A stretch of DNA of 64,000 nt, taken from NCBI RefSeq assembly GCF_006345805.1, contig NC_042999.1:119722001-119786000 (forward strand). Reading direction: 5' to 3'. Source of the DNA: Octopus sinensis (lineage: Eukaryota). The notes beneath the pieces are model-generated. The model had not been told where the DNA came from and searched no databases. It saw only the letters and a program-made list of their open reading frames with translations. Positions 1 to 13,805 of the stretch are shown piece after piece; positions within the stretch are counted from its first letter, which is position 1; every line of letters begins with the position of its first letter. A program made the translations under genes and the position numbers.

Positions 1-289
1 GTTTGTCGACACTTCTGTATGTGTGTGTGTGTGTGTGTGTGAGTGAGGGAAGAGGTGTATTGTCATATATACGTACATACATAAATAGATATGCATACAT
101 CTTTTTTGTGTGTATGTGCGCGCGTGTGTGTGTGTGAGTGAGAGAGAAAGTGATGTCTAAGTGGCACTCTCGTTCTCACACAATACATGTACGTATACAT
201 GACAACATACCCTTCACTCTCTCTCTCTCTCACACACACGCCCATTTCATCTAATGTTTGGTATTGTATATCTGTGTTTGTGCGTGCGT

Positions 290-1527
290 GCAGTGTTCCA
301 CAGAAAAAAAGCTGAGGAATTTTCTTTCTTGATGCTCCTGGTGGTACAGGTAAAACATTAGTAACATTGCTTCTCTCCATGGTAATGTAGGAAAAGAAAA
401 AAAAATGCAGTTGCTGTACCATTGTCTGGCTTTGCTGCCGCCATTCTCCTAGGAGGACGAACAGCTCATTCTGCTTTTAAATTACCATTAAACCTGGTCA
501 TAAATGACAGTCCAATTTGTAACATGAGCAAAGATTCACTTTCAACAGAGGTGTTGTGCCACTCTTTCATTTGGGATAAATACGCCATGTCACATAAAGT
601 TGTAATGGAAGCTCTTGGTAAGACCTTACAGGACATCAGGGGCAATAATAAATATATGGGTGAAGTTATATTAATTTTATCAGGACATTATCAGTCATTC
701 CAAGATGAACAAGATCTAATGAAATAAAAGCATGCATTAAGTCTTCACATCTATGGAATAAAGTACTGAAATTCTCCTTCAATACTAATGTGCAAGTTTT
801 ATTACATGGGAACCAATCTGCAAAACAGTTTTCAACCTGGCTCCTCCAATTAGGAAATGGGAAAGTACCATTTGATGGGAATGGTGATATCTTAATTTGG
901 CTCATATTGCTATTATGGTGAATTTCCCAGCTGAATTGGAGAACAGGGTATTTCCAGACTTAAGTAATAATTATAATTCACATAAATGGTTGTGTGAAAG
1001 GGCAATTCGTGCTCCAAAAAATGAAACAATAGCAAGGATTAACCATGAATTAATGAATTAGATTCGAACAGTCATTAAGAAGTACAAGTCAGTTGATTCA
1101 GTCCTTGATGAAAAGCAAGCTGTCTATTGCCCAGCAGAGTTCCACATGAAATTCCTCCACTTATACTTTTTTCTGAAGGTAAGAGTCCCAATAATGCTTC
1201 TAAGAAATTTAGATCCTCCTAAATTATGCAATAGGTCGAGGTTGATTGTGAAGACATTATCACCTAATGTGAAAGCAGCTACCATCATCACTGGATGTGC
1301 CTCTGGGGAAAAAGTTTTCATTCCAAGAATTCCAATCAAACCAACAGACATGCCATTTGAGGTACAAATCCCAGTGCGACTTTGCTTTGCAATATCTAAC
1401 GTTCCAGTCTTTTAAATCTACTCGCTTGCTTCTCTCATGGTCACCTTTATGTTGGTCCAGGACAGGTAGTTTGCAAGACGTATTTGTCTATGCTCCAACC
1501 CAGAAAACAAAGAATGCATTTTCGTTT

Positions 1528-1570
<43 letters not shown>

Positions 1571-1609
1571 CCATCGTCGTCGTCGTCATCATCATCATCA
1601 TCATCATCA

Positions 1610-1656
<47 letters not shown>

Positions 1657-1824
1657 TTGCATTATGAATTCAGAATTGATTTTCCAATTAAAAAGTAAAT
1701 TGTATCCCAATTGAAGAATAAATTGAATTTAGAATAACAAATTTCTATACAACATATTTTGCTGTTTTCTTCTAATACATAAGGAAAAATTTAATTCCCG
1801 GGCAACGCCAGCCGCCTCTGCTAG
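290..1824 (+). mobile_element. Helitron 3' relic: disrupted PIF1-family helicase plus 3' terminal hairpin/CTAG
   Basis: Translates as FFLDAPGGTGKT (Walker A, 331-357), AVAV..SG.AA.LL.GGRTAHSAFKLP, KWLCERAI.APKN, PIMLLRNLDPPKLCNRSRL, KVFIPRIP, FPV/IRL.FA-like and FSHGHLYVG, with many stops and frameshifts. Ends CCCGGGCAACGCCAGCCGCCTCTG-CTAG|T (CTAG at 1821-1824), a Helitron-type 3' end. Contains an (ATC)n(ATT)n array at ~1530-1657. Confidence 0.9.
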
Positions 1825-1975
1825 TATATATATAAAATAGACGTGTGTGTGTATGAGTGTGTGTATACGCTTTTCACGCGAAAATGGCTGAGCGATTTGG
1901 TTCCATACTTGGGATGCATAAATAATTTGACCTCGGATACATAATAGACTCCATTTTATTTTTTATTAAAAATAA
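1825..1975 (+). mobile_element. Probable Helitron-type 5' end (non-autonomous) directly abutting the upstream CTAG
   Basis: TATATATATAAAATAGACG-(GT)n-...CACGCGAAAATGGCTGAGCGATTTGG resembles the TC-TATATATAAAA + microsatellite + 'ctgaaccgattt' 5' architecture of animal non-autonomous Helitrons (from memory). It is one substitution away from a TC start. Confidence 0.45.
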
Positions 1976-2000
1976 ATAATATTGTTCTATATATATTATA

Positions 2001-2069
<69 letters not shown>

Positions 2070-2396
2070 ATAATGATTCATTTCTTTAATGTTAACTTCC
2101 GGTACTGACGTAGCAACTGAGCTAGCTGGATACACACGTGTTTATTTGACGTCGCAACTGTTGCTAGCCACACACACACACGTTGATGAATATTTACACT
2201 TTAACTGCTTCTGTTTCATTTTAGTCGCATTGTTTTTTGGTTCCTGGGAAAAAAAACATGAATGTCACATATGATTACTCTTTACGTTCCCCATAGAAAC
2301 ATTCTTCTAAGAATTTCTGTTATCTTTCTTCTAAGGATTTCTGCTACTATCTCTTTCTTTCACCCTCATTCTCATTAAATTTATGTATCTATGTAT

Positions 2397-2977
<581 letters not shown>

Positions 2978-3039
2978 CACCTGAAGAAAGAAAAGAAGAG
3001 ACTATGCAGTAGAGCAGTAGAACAGTAGAGCAGTAGAGC

Positions 3040-4747
3040 ATCTGAGGATGATGAAACAAGAGTTGTGCATAAAAAAACCCAGTTGCGTAATGGTGCTGCC
3101 CGAGCATCTCGAAGTGGTGAACAGATATATACACGTTTTAAGGCGGCGAGCTGGTAGAAACGTTAGCACGCCGGGCGAAATTCGTAGCCGTATTTCGTCT
3201 GTCGTTACGTTCCGAGTTCAAATTCCGCCGAGGTCGACTTTGCCTTTCATCCTTTCGGGGTCGATAAATTAAGTACCAGTTACGCACTGGGGTCGATGTA
3301 GTCGACTTAATCCCTTTGTCTGTCCTTGTTTGTCCCCTCTGTGTTTAGCCCCTTGTGGGTAGTAAAGAAATAGATATATACACGTTTGACAAGCAATAGG
3401 AGGCACAGGAAAGACATTATTGATCAACCTGCCCCTTGCCAAGGTGAAACAGAAGATTGCTCTGGCTGTTGCATTCTCTGGAATTGCAGCCATACTCCTA
3501 ACAGGTAGAAGAACAGCCCATTCAACATTCAAGCTGCCCCTGAACCTAATCCAAAAGGAATCTCCATTATGCAACATATCGAAAACTACAGCGTTAGCAA
3601 AGCTCCTTACAAATGCCAAACTCATTGTTTAGAATGAGGCAGTAATATTTCATAAGGTAGTTTTTGAAGCTTTTGATAGAACACTATAAGATTTCAGAAA
3701 CAATAAGAAGGTCATAGGTGGTGTCACCCACCTCATGACTTCAGGCAAACTCTGCCTGTCATTCCCAGAGGAACAAAGGCAGATGAGCTGCAACATGTCA
3801 AGCAGCTTACTCTGATAACTAACATGAGGGTTCACATTCATGGGAACCCATTAGCTGCAGAGTTCTCCAAGAAGTTACTTGACAATGGAAATGGAAAACT
3901 TCCACAGGATCCAGAAGATAGTCGTCACTACCTCCTTTAAGGCAATATGCTGCCTCTCTTAAAGAACTGAAGAAAAAGAGTCTTTCCAAGCATTGCCACA
4001 AACTACAAGTCACAAGTGGCTATGTGAAAGAACAATTCTGGCACCAAGGAATAACCATATAGACAAGCTGAATCTAAATTTGTTGTCTCAGCTTCCAGGA
4101 ACTGAATGCGCATACAGATCAATTGACTCTGTTCCTGATCAAGAAGAAGCAGCGTATTACCCGGTGAAGTTCCTTAATTCACTTCCACCACCAGAATTTT
4201 CACGACACATTTTGAACATAAAAACAGATACTCTCATAATGCTGTTAAGAAACCTTGATGCACCCAGATTCTGCAATAGAACAGGGCTGGTTGTTAAAAC
4301 AGCCATGCCCCATGTGTTGGAAGCAACAATAATTACAGACAAAATGGTGTGTGAGAATGTCTTCATTCCAAGGATCCCTCTCATCTGAAATGATTTCCCC
4401 TTTCAGTTCAAGAGACTTCAGTTTTTAGTCAAACTGAGCTTTGCAATGTCTATCAACAAAGCGCAAGGTCAATCTCTAAAGGTGGTGGGACTTAACCTCT
4501 TTTAACCATGCTTCTCACATGGTCAGCTGTATGTTGGATGTTTCAGAGTTGACATGGCAAGACAGAAAGCATAGTATATGAAGAAACACTTACACAAATA
4601 GTATTTGCATGTAATGTGCAGAAGTATAAAACCATTGAGTGTTAAAAGTATTACTTTTTGAGAAATACACTAATCTTACACTACAAGCAAATAGTACTGT
4701 GTTAAGGCTATGAGTTTCTAACCTGAGTGAAACCGGGTTCTTCTGCT

Positions 4748-4749
<2 letters not shown>
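3040..4749 (+). mobile_element. Second Helitron 3' relic: disrupted PIF1-family helicase, interrupted by a SINE
   Basis: GGTGKT at 3399-3416, then ALAVAFSGIAAILLTGRRTAHSTFKLPL, KWLCERTILAPRN, IMLLRNLDAPRFCNRTGL, VFIPRIPLI, AMSINKAQGQSL (4443-4478) and FSHGQLYVG (4512-4538). The 3' end is the hairpin ACCTG-AGTGAAAC-CGGGT followed by TCTTCTG-CTTG|T, a decayed CTAG at 4746-4749. Confidence 0.9.
3139..3371 (+). mobile_element. tRNA-derived SINE (family A), full length, with 16-bp TSD
   Basis: A-box-like GGCGAGCTGGTAGAA, B-box-like GAGTTCAAATTCC, central GAGGTCGACTTTGCCTTTCATCCTTTCGGGGTCGATAAATTAAGTACC and tail CCCCTTGTGGGTAGTAAAGAAAT. Flanked by AGATATATACACGTTT at 3123-3138 and 3372-3387. Confidence 0.9.
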
Positions 4750-6099
<1,350 letters not shown>

Positions 6100-6212
6100 T
6101 AAGGATAATCTCTTAATAAGGGATCTTAACAAGAAATTATCGGGTAGCTAGCGTGAAAACCTCATAAAAGAAAAGAATCCGAAAATAATTTTTTTCTTTT
6201 GAACAAATTAAT

Positions 6213-6355
6213 TATATCTATATTGTATAAAGGGCATTATTACACATAAATGCCTCACACTAGGAGGGACAAAGTCATTACTACCATTTGGTAGTAATGA
6301 CTTTGTCCCTCCTAGTGTGAGGCATTTATGTGTAATAATGCCCTTTATACAATAT

Positions 6356-6362
<7 letters not shown>
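6213..6362. repeat. Perfect palindrome: 74-bp arms, 2-nt loop
   Basis: TATATCTATATTGTATAAAGGGC...GTCATTACTACCA-TT-TGGTAGTAATGAC...GCCCTTTATACAATATAGATATA; no mismatch seen. Confidence 0.97.
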
Positions 6363-6410
<48 letters not shown>

Positions 6411-6978
6411 CATGTGTGTGTGTATATGTGCACACACACACACATATGTAGATAGGCATCCATACCTATATCCACCCAATACATATATATGCTGTTTATG
6501 AAATACAATTTGTTTTTTGTTCTGTCACAAGGTGTATCAAGAAGTTCATAGACGATGCTGGACTGAAATTTACATCACACGCCTATCATGCCATTAAGTG
6601 AAGCCTAGTTGCATTTCTTTTATATAAATATTCTTTCTCATTTGGGAAATATTTCTCTTCACTTGTGACCTACGTTATCTGTATGAACCAATAAAGTTGT
6701 AAGGTTCCGTCACCATCTTGGACAGTGGCGTGTTTCTGTTAGAGACAAACGTGTTAGTTTCATTGATCAGACATTCGGGAAACTTGAAGCCACTATTTTA
6801 CATGTTTATTTAATATCTAGCATATTCTAACAGCTGTTGTTTGTCAAGGCATTGACCTTTTCTTTCATCCCATTCTTTTATATACTGTCCATATTTTTGT
6901 TCTACACGGAAAAGAAAGGATCTGACTACTTACGATATTCTCATTATTACGGACTGAATTTCTTTTTGCTGTAACTAA

Positions 6979-7017
<39 letters not shown>

Positions 7018-7979
7018 AAAAAAATAGTTATGTTTAGCAATGCCTCTTCTGTGCAGAAAATCCGTAAATAGAGAAGTAATCTTTGATCCAAGATACTTAA
7101 ATTATCAATATTTATCGTTCAGTTGCTTTCTATAATGAAAAATGAAACCTTTATCATTGCTATGCGTTACTGTTATCTGTTTCAGTTTATCTCTAGTGAA
7201 AAAGCCGCATAGTCATCATCTTGTAGTTCAGTTACACGTTCCGATACACTTAGAAATGCAAAGTTTAGAACAACGATGCCAGTTTGATGCAGAAGTGTTT
7301 TTCTGAATATCGCATTTACAATGACTTTTTAAAGTATTGTATAAAGAGATTTTTGGTGCAGCACTAGGTGCACCTGTTTTTTCTAAGAATGTATAGCATC
7401 GTTGTTATAATGGGATGGCTTATATGTTATTGATAACTTAGAATTGAACATGCTATAATTATCGTTATAATAATGCTTTTTAATGTTGTTTTTGTATGCT
7501 GTGTAAATTGTGATTGCACGGAGAGCGCAGTGAGTGAAAAGGATATCTAAGTTGTATAAAATTATTGTATAAAATTTCAATTGCATTGACATGAAAATAT
7601 ATACTCTAAGCATTGTGGAATTGTAATGAGAAATGCGCACTGATGTGCGCTATGCCTTGTAGGGATAATTTTTGGATGGTAAGCATTTCGTTTTCTACAT
7701 CGTATTTATTTTTAATTTTGTATATTTATTCATGTATAGTATTCAACTTGCCTCTAACAAATATTTTAATTAAAAAAGAAGTGAAATGATTCTGAAACTT
7801 CTCAGATATTCTTTTCATATGATTTATGTTACCTAAGCGATTCAATTTGATCTGTCTCTCAGTATGAATTGGCATGGTTCAGGCTATCATTGTAATTTAT
7901 GCAATTTGGCTTGTATTTGTTATATTACTGAAATCTTCATGTGCGTGATGCCAGGATGCCAGAATGTTGTTCAATAAAG

Positions 7980-8137
7980 GTAATATTTATCCCCACCTAA
8001 ACGTGGATATTTTGCTAGGACAAACTATACTGCGGTAGATACCATGAGAGAAAGTCTCACTGGCGTTTCTCGTGATATCGACCGCCGTATAGCCTGTTCT
8101 AACAGAACACTCACGTTTAAGTGGGGATAAATATTAC
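7980..8137. mobile_element. MITE-like 158-bp imperfect hairpin element
   Basis: Terminal 26-bp inverted repeat GTAATATTTATCCCCACCTAAACGTG / CACGTTTAAGTGGGGATAAATATTAC (1 mismatch); the interior is also partly self-complementary. No clear TSD. Confidence 0.55.
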
Positions 8138-9179
8138 ATCTCTATAAAAATAGTATTTCTGTTGCTAATATATATTGTTTAAAAGATACATCTACTCTAC
8201 TTAGTTTTAATATATATATAAGGCATGGAATATTTAAAAGCTGACTAGAAAAAAAAGCTGTGACCCCAAAAAAGAGATTAATTATTAATATATTCACCTT
8301 TCTGGCAAGTACACGAGAAAAATGCGAATATAATTTAAACTTATTCTTATCCCATTAGCGAATCGTATACTTCACCATATTTGCTGAAGTAGGAATGATA
8401 AAATACTGCTAAGTAAATCTACAAGACTGTACATCTACTGATGTAGGAAAAAGAGAATCCTTTAATTAAATAATACTGAAAATTAAATAAGTAAATGTAT
8501 TCAATGTTTTGATGATGAAGTGTCAGCACATTGTGCAATAGATACAGCTATGCAACTCCATCAGTCATTCTTGTTAATACTTTCTAAAGTTTCAAGGATT
8601 GGTCAGCCAGAAACGAAAAAGAAAAAAGTGTATATTATTTCTTGTTATCATTTCTTGATGTTGGTAGCTTTGTCTGTAGTTGACATCAACCTTTTGTTTA
8701 GCTCTTCCACTTATGTCCTCCTTTGTGGCCAAACATCGATCTTATGTTACTAAAATTAAGCCTTTTATTTCTGCATTCAATCTAAAGCTTTTACGTCATT
8801 TTTAGCTTTCATATTGGCTCACTTTTATCTCTATCAAATCTTGATGGACACTGACCACGGATAAGTTTTTCTCTTTACGTTTTCTTTTCTTTCTATTCCT
8901 TATTTTGGAATTCGTTTACTTTCTTATTTGGTGGTGCGTTGGTTATTTCTTTTTTCTTTTCTTCTCATCGATATTTTTCTCATTGTTTCTTATTGTAGTG
9001 TATTGTATCTGCAGATAATGAATTGCTTCCCTTGTATTCATTTATATTGGCGTCTTTGGGACAAGGCCAGCAACATCAAGGATGTGGGTAAGTCGATTAC
9101 ATAAGTACTCAACTGGTACTTATTTTATCGACTCCGAAAGGACGCTACTTAGAATTTTGCTCGGTGTGTTAATAATTCT

Positions 9180-9510
9180 TATTTCTTTATTGCCCACAAG
9201 GGGTAATAAACATAGAGAGGACAAACGAGGACAGACAAAGCGATTAAATCGATTACATCGGCCCCAGAGCGTAACTGGTACTTAATTTATCGACCCCGAA
9301 AGGATGAAAGGCAAATCCGAACTCGGCGGAATTTGAAATCAGAACGAAGCGGCAGACGAAATACCTACTTCTTTACTACCCACAAGGGGCTAAACACAGA
9401 GGAGACAAACAATTACAGACAAACGGATTAAGTCGACTACATCGACCCCAGACGAAATACCGTTGAGCACTTCGCCCGGCGTGCTAATGTTTCTGCCAGC
9501 TCACCGCCTT
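9180..9510 (-). mobile_element. SINE family A, with a nested 5'-truncated copy at 9366-9449
   Basis: Reverse complement of the 3139-3371 sequence. The internal 84-bp tail fragment is flanked by the 12-bp TSD AGACGAAATACC (9354-9365, 9450-9461). Confidence 0.85.
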
Positions 9511-10221
9511 CTTGTATTCATTTATATTGATCGTATACTTTGCTATCTTCCATTTACCCTCTAAACTGTTTGCTGGTAGGACCACTTTAGTCACCTCATT
9601 ATATTTTTGCTCACTGTAAGTAAGTTAGATGCAATCTATTTATTTCAACCTCTGAATGCTGAAATTAAGCGTAGTTTTCTAGTTTTCCTCTCCAGCTGTT
9701 CATTTAAAATGGAGGGATGCTTTAGTATATTGCCAGGCTAAATACTTTGTTATAATTGATTTCATCCCTTTGTGATGACCAAGTAAGTCAACCTCGTTGC
9801 TAGTGCTTCGATGCCGACGTAATAAAAGTCGATTAATAAGTCAATTTAATTGATTATAACCGTTCCTTAACCGTGTTGTCTCTGGGCCAATGTCAAGAAG
9901 TATTACTACTGTTATCAGTTGCTATAGTAACCGGAGTCATCTCTGGTCTTCAACCTTTCGGAATCAGTAGAACAAAGCGCCTGTCAAGTACTGGGTTTAA
10001 AATAATCGACTACTGCCCGCAACACAAAATTTCTGGCCTTATGCCTAATCTAAAAACGGACATTTGCTATAGTAAGAGTATTAGTTGTATGACAGTTCTG
10101 GGTCATACAACTAATGAAAAAAGGAGTTAGTAAAATAAGTACTAACCAAATACTGGTGGTGCAGGTGAAGTAGTTAGAGATTGTATAATCTAAAAATGCT
10201 AGAGATTATTTATTAGTACTG

Positions 10222-10710
10222 GTTTCAAATTTTGGCACAAGGCCAGCAATTTCGGGAAGGCGGTTAAGTCAATTACATCAATCCCAGTACTCAATTAGTA
10301 CTTATTTTATCGACCCCGAGAGGATGTGTTCAAATTCCACCGAGATCGAATTTGCTTTTCATCCTTTCGGAATCGATAAAATGAGGGCACTGGGGTAGAT
10401 GTAACCGACTAACCCTTCCCTAAAATTGCTGGCTTTGTGCCAAGAATTTGAAACCAATATTAGCTCTTAATGAGGCGAACTAGTAGAATGATGAGAGCGT
10501 CGGAAAAAATGCTTTGCGGCTTTCGTTCCAGTTCCATACGTTCTGAGTTCAAATCTCACCAAGATCAATGTTGATTTTCATCTCTCTGAGGTCTATAAAA
10601 TGTAGTGCCAGTCTTGTATTGGCGTCATTGGTATCGGCTATTTCCCCTCCCCATCCGCTCAGAATTGCTGACCTTGTACGACTTTGTACCTAAATCAGAG
10701 ACCATTATTA
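10222..10710. mobile_element. Cluster of SINE family A copies: partial minus (10222-10325), partial plus (10327-10462), degraded plus (10470-10710)
   Basis: Repeated GTTCAAAT(T)CC, TTTCATCCTTTCGG..TCGATAAA and the alternative tail AAAATTGCTGGC(C/T)TTGTGCCAA..TTTGAAACC. Confidence 0.75.
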
Positions 10711-11109
10711 AAAATATTTTAACAGTCTTTTTCAGCTATAAAAAAGTATTGTCTTTTGAATGAATAGGACAGTGTTTATATGATAGTGTTTATATGATAC
10801 ATCTGCTTTGTTTTGCTGTTTCGTCTGTAGAATTTTTTGTAGAATATGTGATATGTGTGTTGTGATATTTTATTGGATAGTGATTATATTTTGTATCTGT
10901 TATAACACTCGAGTAGTTACTGCAAAGATTATCTGCTCTGTTGCTTGTGTTACATAATCGAATGAAAATTGTATAAATTGTGACTTGTGTGAGTTGATGG
11001 TGGGGTTTGAGATGTATTATATTATTGCGTGGTAATTATGTATGTGAAATGTTATTTATTGGGAGGTAATTTGGTAGATTATATCATGTATGGATTTTTT
11101 CCGACTCTT

Positions 11110-11250
11110 TACATTCTGAGTTCAAATCTGTCGAGGTCACCTTTACCTTCCCATTCCCCTGGGATCGATGAAATAAAGTACTGGTGAAACAGTGGGGGCG
11201 ATGGTATCGACTTAACGTTTCCTTTCAAAATTGCTGGCCTTCTTACTAAA
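11110..11250 (+). mobile_element. SINE family A, 5'-truncated
   Basis: TACATTCTGAGTTCAAATCTGTCGAGGTCACC...GGGATCGATGAAATAAAGTACTGG...AAAATTGCTGGCCTT. Confidence 0.7.
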
Positions 11251-11344
11251 TAAAGCACAATATGGTGTAGATTTTATTGTTGTTCTTGCAACTGTAGTTG
11301 TTTAGCTACAGTTCGTACAAACCTATGATAAAAATATTCCACCA

Positions 11345-12420
11345 GCCAACATCCTGTCTTTTTTTTCTACATACCTAACGTGTCATATTAAGACGAATTA
11401 CGAGAGCTTTACTTTCATATGCCAGGCTTTTTTGGCGACCTCTTGGCAGCTCCCTTCTGCAACTGATGGCAGTACGAGAGAATTGCCAGTTCTGTGAGTC
11501 GAGGAGCAATGACACCGCAGAGAAAGGACTCAAAACAAAAGGGATCACATTGATCACTTTTGCCAATAACTCTGTTACACGCAGATATCAAGGTGTTAAC
11601 CTTGAAGTTAAAGCTTGTCGATAGTCTCATCAGATCTATCTCATCGAACAAATCTACCCCTGACAACCCCCATCCGCTATGCTATAGAGACTGTGAGAAA
11701 GGTTCCTGGCATAGATGATGCCTGACCAAATAAGATCAAACAAAAAACTTTCGATAGGTTCGATCCATAATATTTGGCAGCTGTTCTCGTGACACCCGGA
11801 TCTGTTCCTGTTTCATAGTTTCTGTGGTTGGAGAAGTAGTTTCAAACCGGTCAGCAATGCTGTAGGCTGCTGCATGGGCGGATCTGTTAAATTACTCAGT
11901 GTCTGGTTTGTTCTATATCTCTAAATTTCCTGAAATCTTTGGTCTGGCAGTGCTACTAGGGATCATTACCGTTTTGGGACAAACTATACATGTGCAGAAA
12001 TGCCGTCAGTCGGACCTGTCCCAGATGCGTGCAGAACAACAAAAATTCTGCAAGCACTTCTCTAGTGTCCGAACATTGCTGACTGGCGGAATTAGGTCGA
12101 ATATCTGTCGATGAACTTTGGATGGATCCGGTTTTCAGCTGAAGCTATTGTAAAGATCGTTCCGTCGCCTCCCTTTGGTCAAGGAGTATAAGCAATATTT
12201 ATCTATACGGTGGTTTCTCTATGACGGAGCTGCAGTGCTGTGGCAAGCTAAAATGACGACAGGACGCCAGGCAACTGGAATATTGTCAGGCCTTTCAATC
12301 CATTACAAGTCGCACAATGTAGTAGGCGGAATTTCCATTTCAGTATTCTGTCTTACGGAAGAATGATGACATTCTCGAAGAAACTCTGAACGTCAACAAA
12401 AACTGTTTTCTTTTTAAAGC
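11345..12420 (-). pseudogene. Possible heavily degraded non-LTR retrotransposon RT/thumb fragment
   Basis: GC-richer island in AT-rich DNA. The minus strand gives PDNIPVAWRPVVIL (resembling the RT 'WRPI.L' motif) and MDRTYRKFF...HSGWGLSGVDLFDEIDLMRLST (resembling the thumb GG.GL motif). No YxDD found; many stops. Confidence 0.3.
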
Positions 12421-13359
12421 AACTGAAATTTGGTGGCTAGGTGTACGTAGAGAAGCTTTACTACTTGATTATATTGTATAGGTGATTTCACCGGAAATTG
12501 TGTAGGACATCGTCATGTACAATAATAGTATATTGTTTCGGTAAATACACTACACAAGTGACATTTATTTTCTGTATGATTTTTTCCTATTATTTTAATT
12601 TTATTTGTATGCTTCGTTTACTGAGAAATGCTATCATCGTTTGAGAAAAATGAGTATTAACTTCTTAAGACAAGAATTACATAAATGTTACATATGTCTA
12701 AAAGTGTTCAAGTTTTATAATGATATGCAATGTTAACGAAAATACTATATTTTAGCTAAAACGTCAAAAAGTTTACATAAATATTGAAGGTCATATTTTT
12801 AAGGTTAATGCCATGTGTAAGTGTAATGATGTGTGAAAATGCTGTAAGAATATTTATTGCACAGTGTCAACTGTATTGTTATTTTCCAGGACTTGCCTAT
12901 GTCTGTTACTTTGTAAGTAATTGTCAATGTCTTTACTGAAACGGTTGTGATCACTCTAGTCGAGCTAATTATAAATACGATGAAAGTACTTTCACACTCT
13001 CATTTTAAAAGACATGAGGAAGTTGAGAAGAATACTATAGAGCTTTTCATTGAAGTAGCTGAAATTAGGTTGCCTGGCGTATGAGGATCAGTTCTATTTA
13101 GTTATTGTGCCGCTAAGTATATGCTGCCAGGGCTAGTGTAGGGGATCCTGACACAACGTAATAGAAAAATTCATTATGAAGACGACACATATCAGCAATA
13201 CTTTAGGAGTTGTGAATGTTCCTTTTAACAGTGGTGGTGGAGTGTTCCAGTATTCCAAATATTGTTGCTTCTGTTTCATAATGCATAAGTTTTATGTATG
13301 GGACAACTAGTTCGATGAGATATTGGCAATGTTATTACTGTTATCATGACGTCCAAGGA

Positions 13360-13805
13360 AGGCGTCGAGCTGGTAGAGTCATTAGCACGCTGGACAAAAT
13401 GCTTAGTGGTACATCTTCTGGGGGTATATCCTGAGTTCAAATTCCACTGCGATCGACTTCGCCATTTATCCTTTCGAGTTCGATAAAATATATAACCAGT
13501 TGAGTACTGTGTGTCTATGTACTCGATTCGGTCCTCCCCTCCAAAAATTGCAGATCTTGTGCCTGTATTAGAAGAGATTATTATCTCTAACGGTAGTGAG
13601 CTGAGAGAGTTAATGACATGCCGGATAAAATGCTTAGTAGGATTTCTGCCGGATTTTCTGAGTTCAAATCTATCGCAGCCGATTTTTTTTGCCTTTGTTC
13701 ATTTCGGGGTCGGTAAAATAAGTACAAGTTGAGCAAAGGGGTCAATGTTATCGACTATCTTCTATCCAAAAATTACTGGCCTCGTGCCAATATTTGAAGC
13801 AATTA
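13360..13805 (+). mobile_element. Two tandem SINE family A copies (13360-13570, 13590-13805)
   Basis: Both have GAGCTG..AGA heads, CTGAGTTCAAAT B-box-like motifs, the central GGTCGATAAAAT block and the AAAATT.C.GG.CTTGTGCC tail. Confidence 0.8.

Noticed and set aside
6133-6168. Hammerhead-like string on the minus strand (TTTATGAGGT...ACCCGATAA) next to the 74-bp palindrome
   Set aside because: Both core boxes deviate (TTTATGA, GATA) and stems I and III cannot be drawn; not distinguishable from chance.
7655-7684. 16-nt micro-exon candidate TTGTAG|GGATAATTTTTGGATG|GTAAGC
   Set aside because: The polypyrimidine tract is weak, and such AG...GTAAG pairs are expected by chance in 64 kb.
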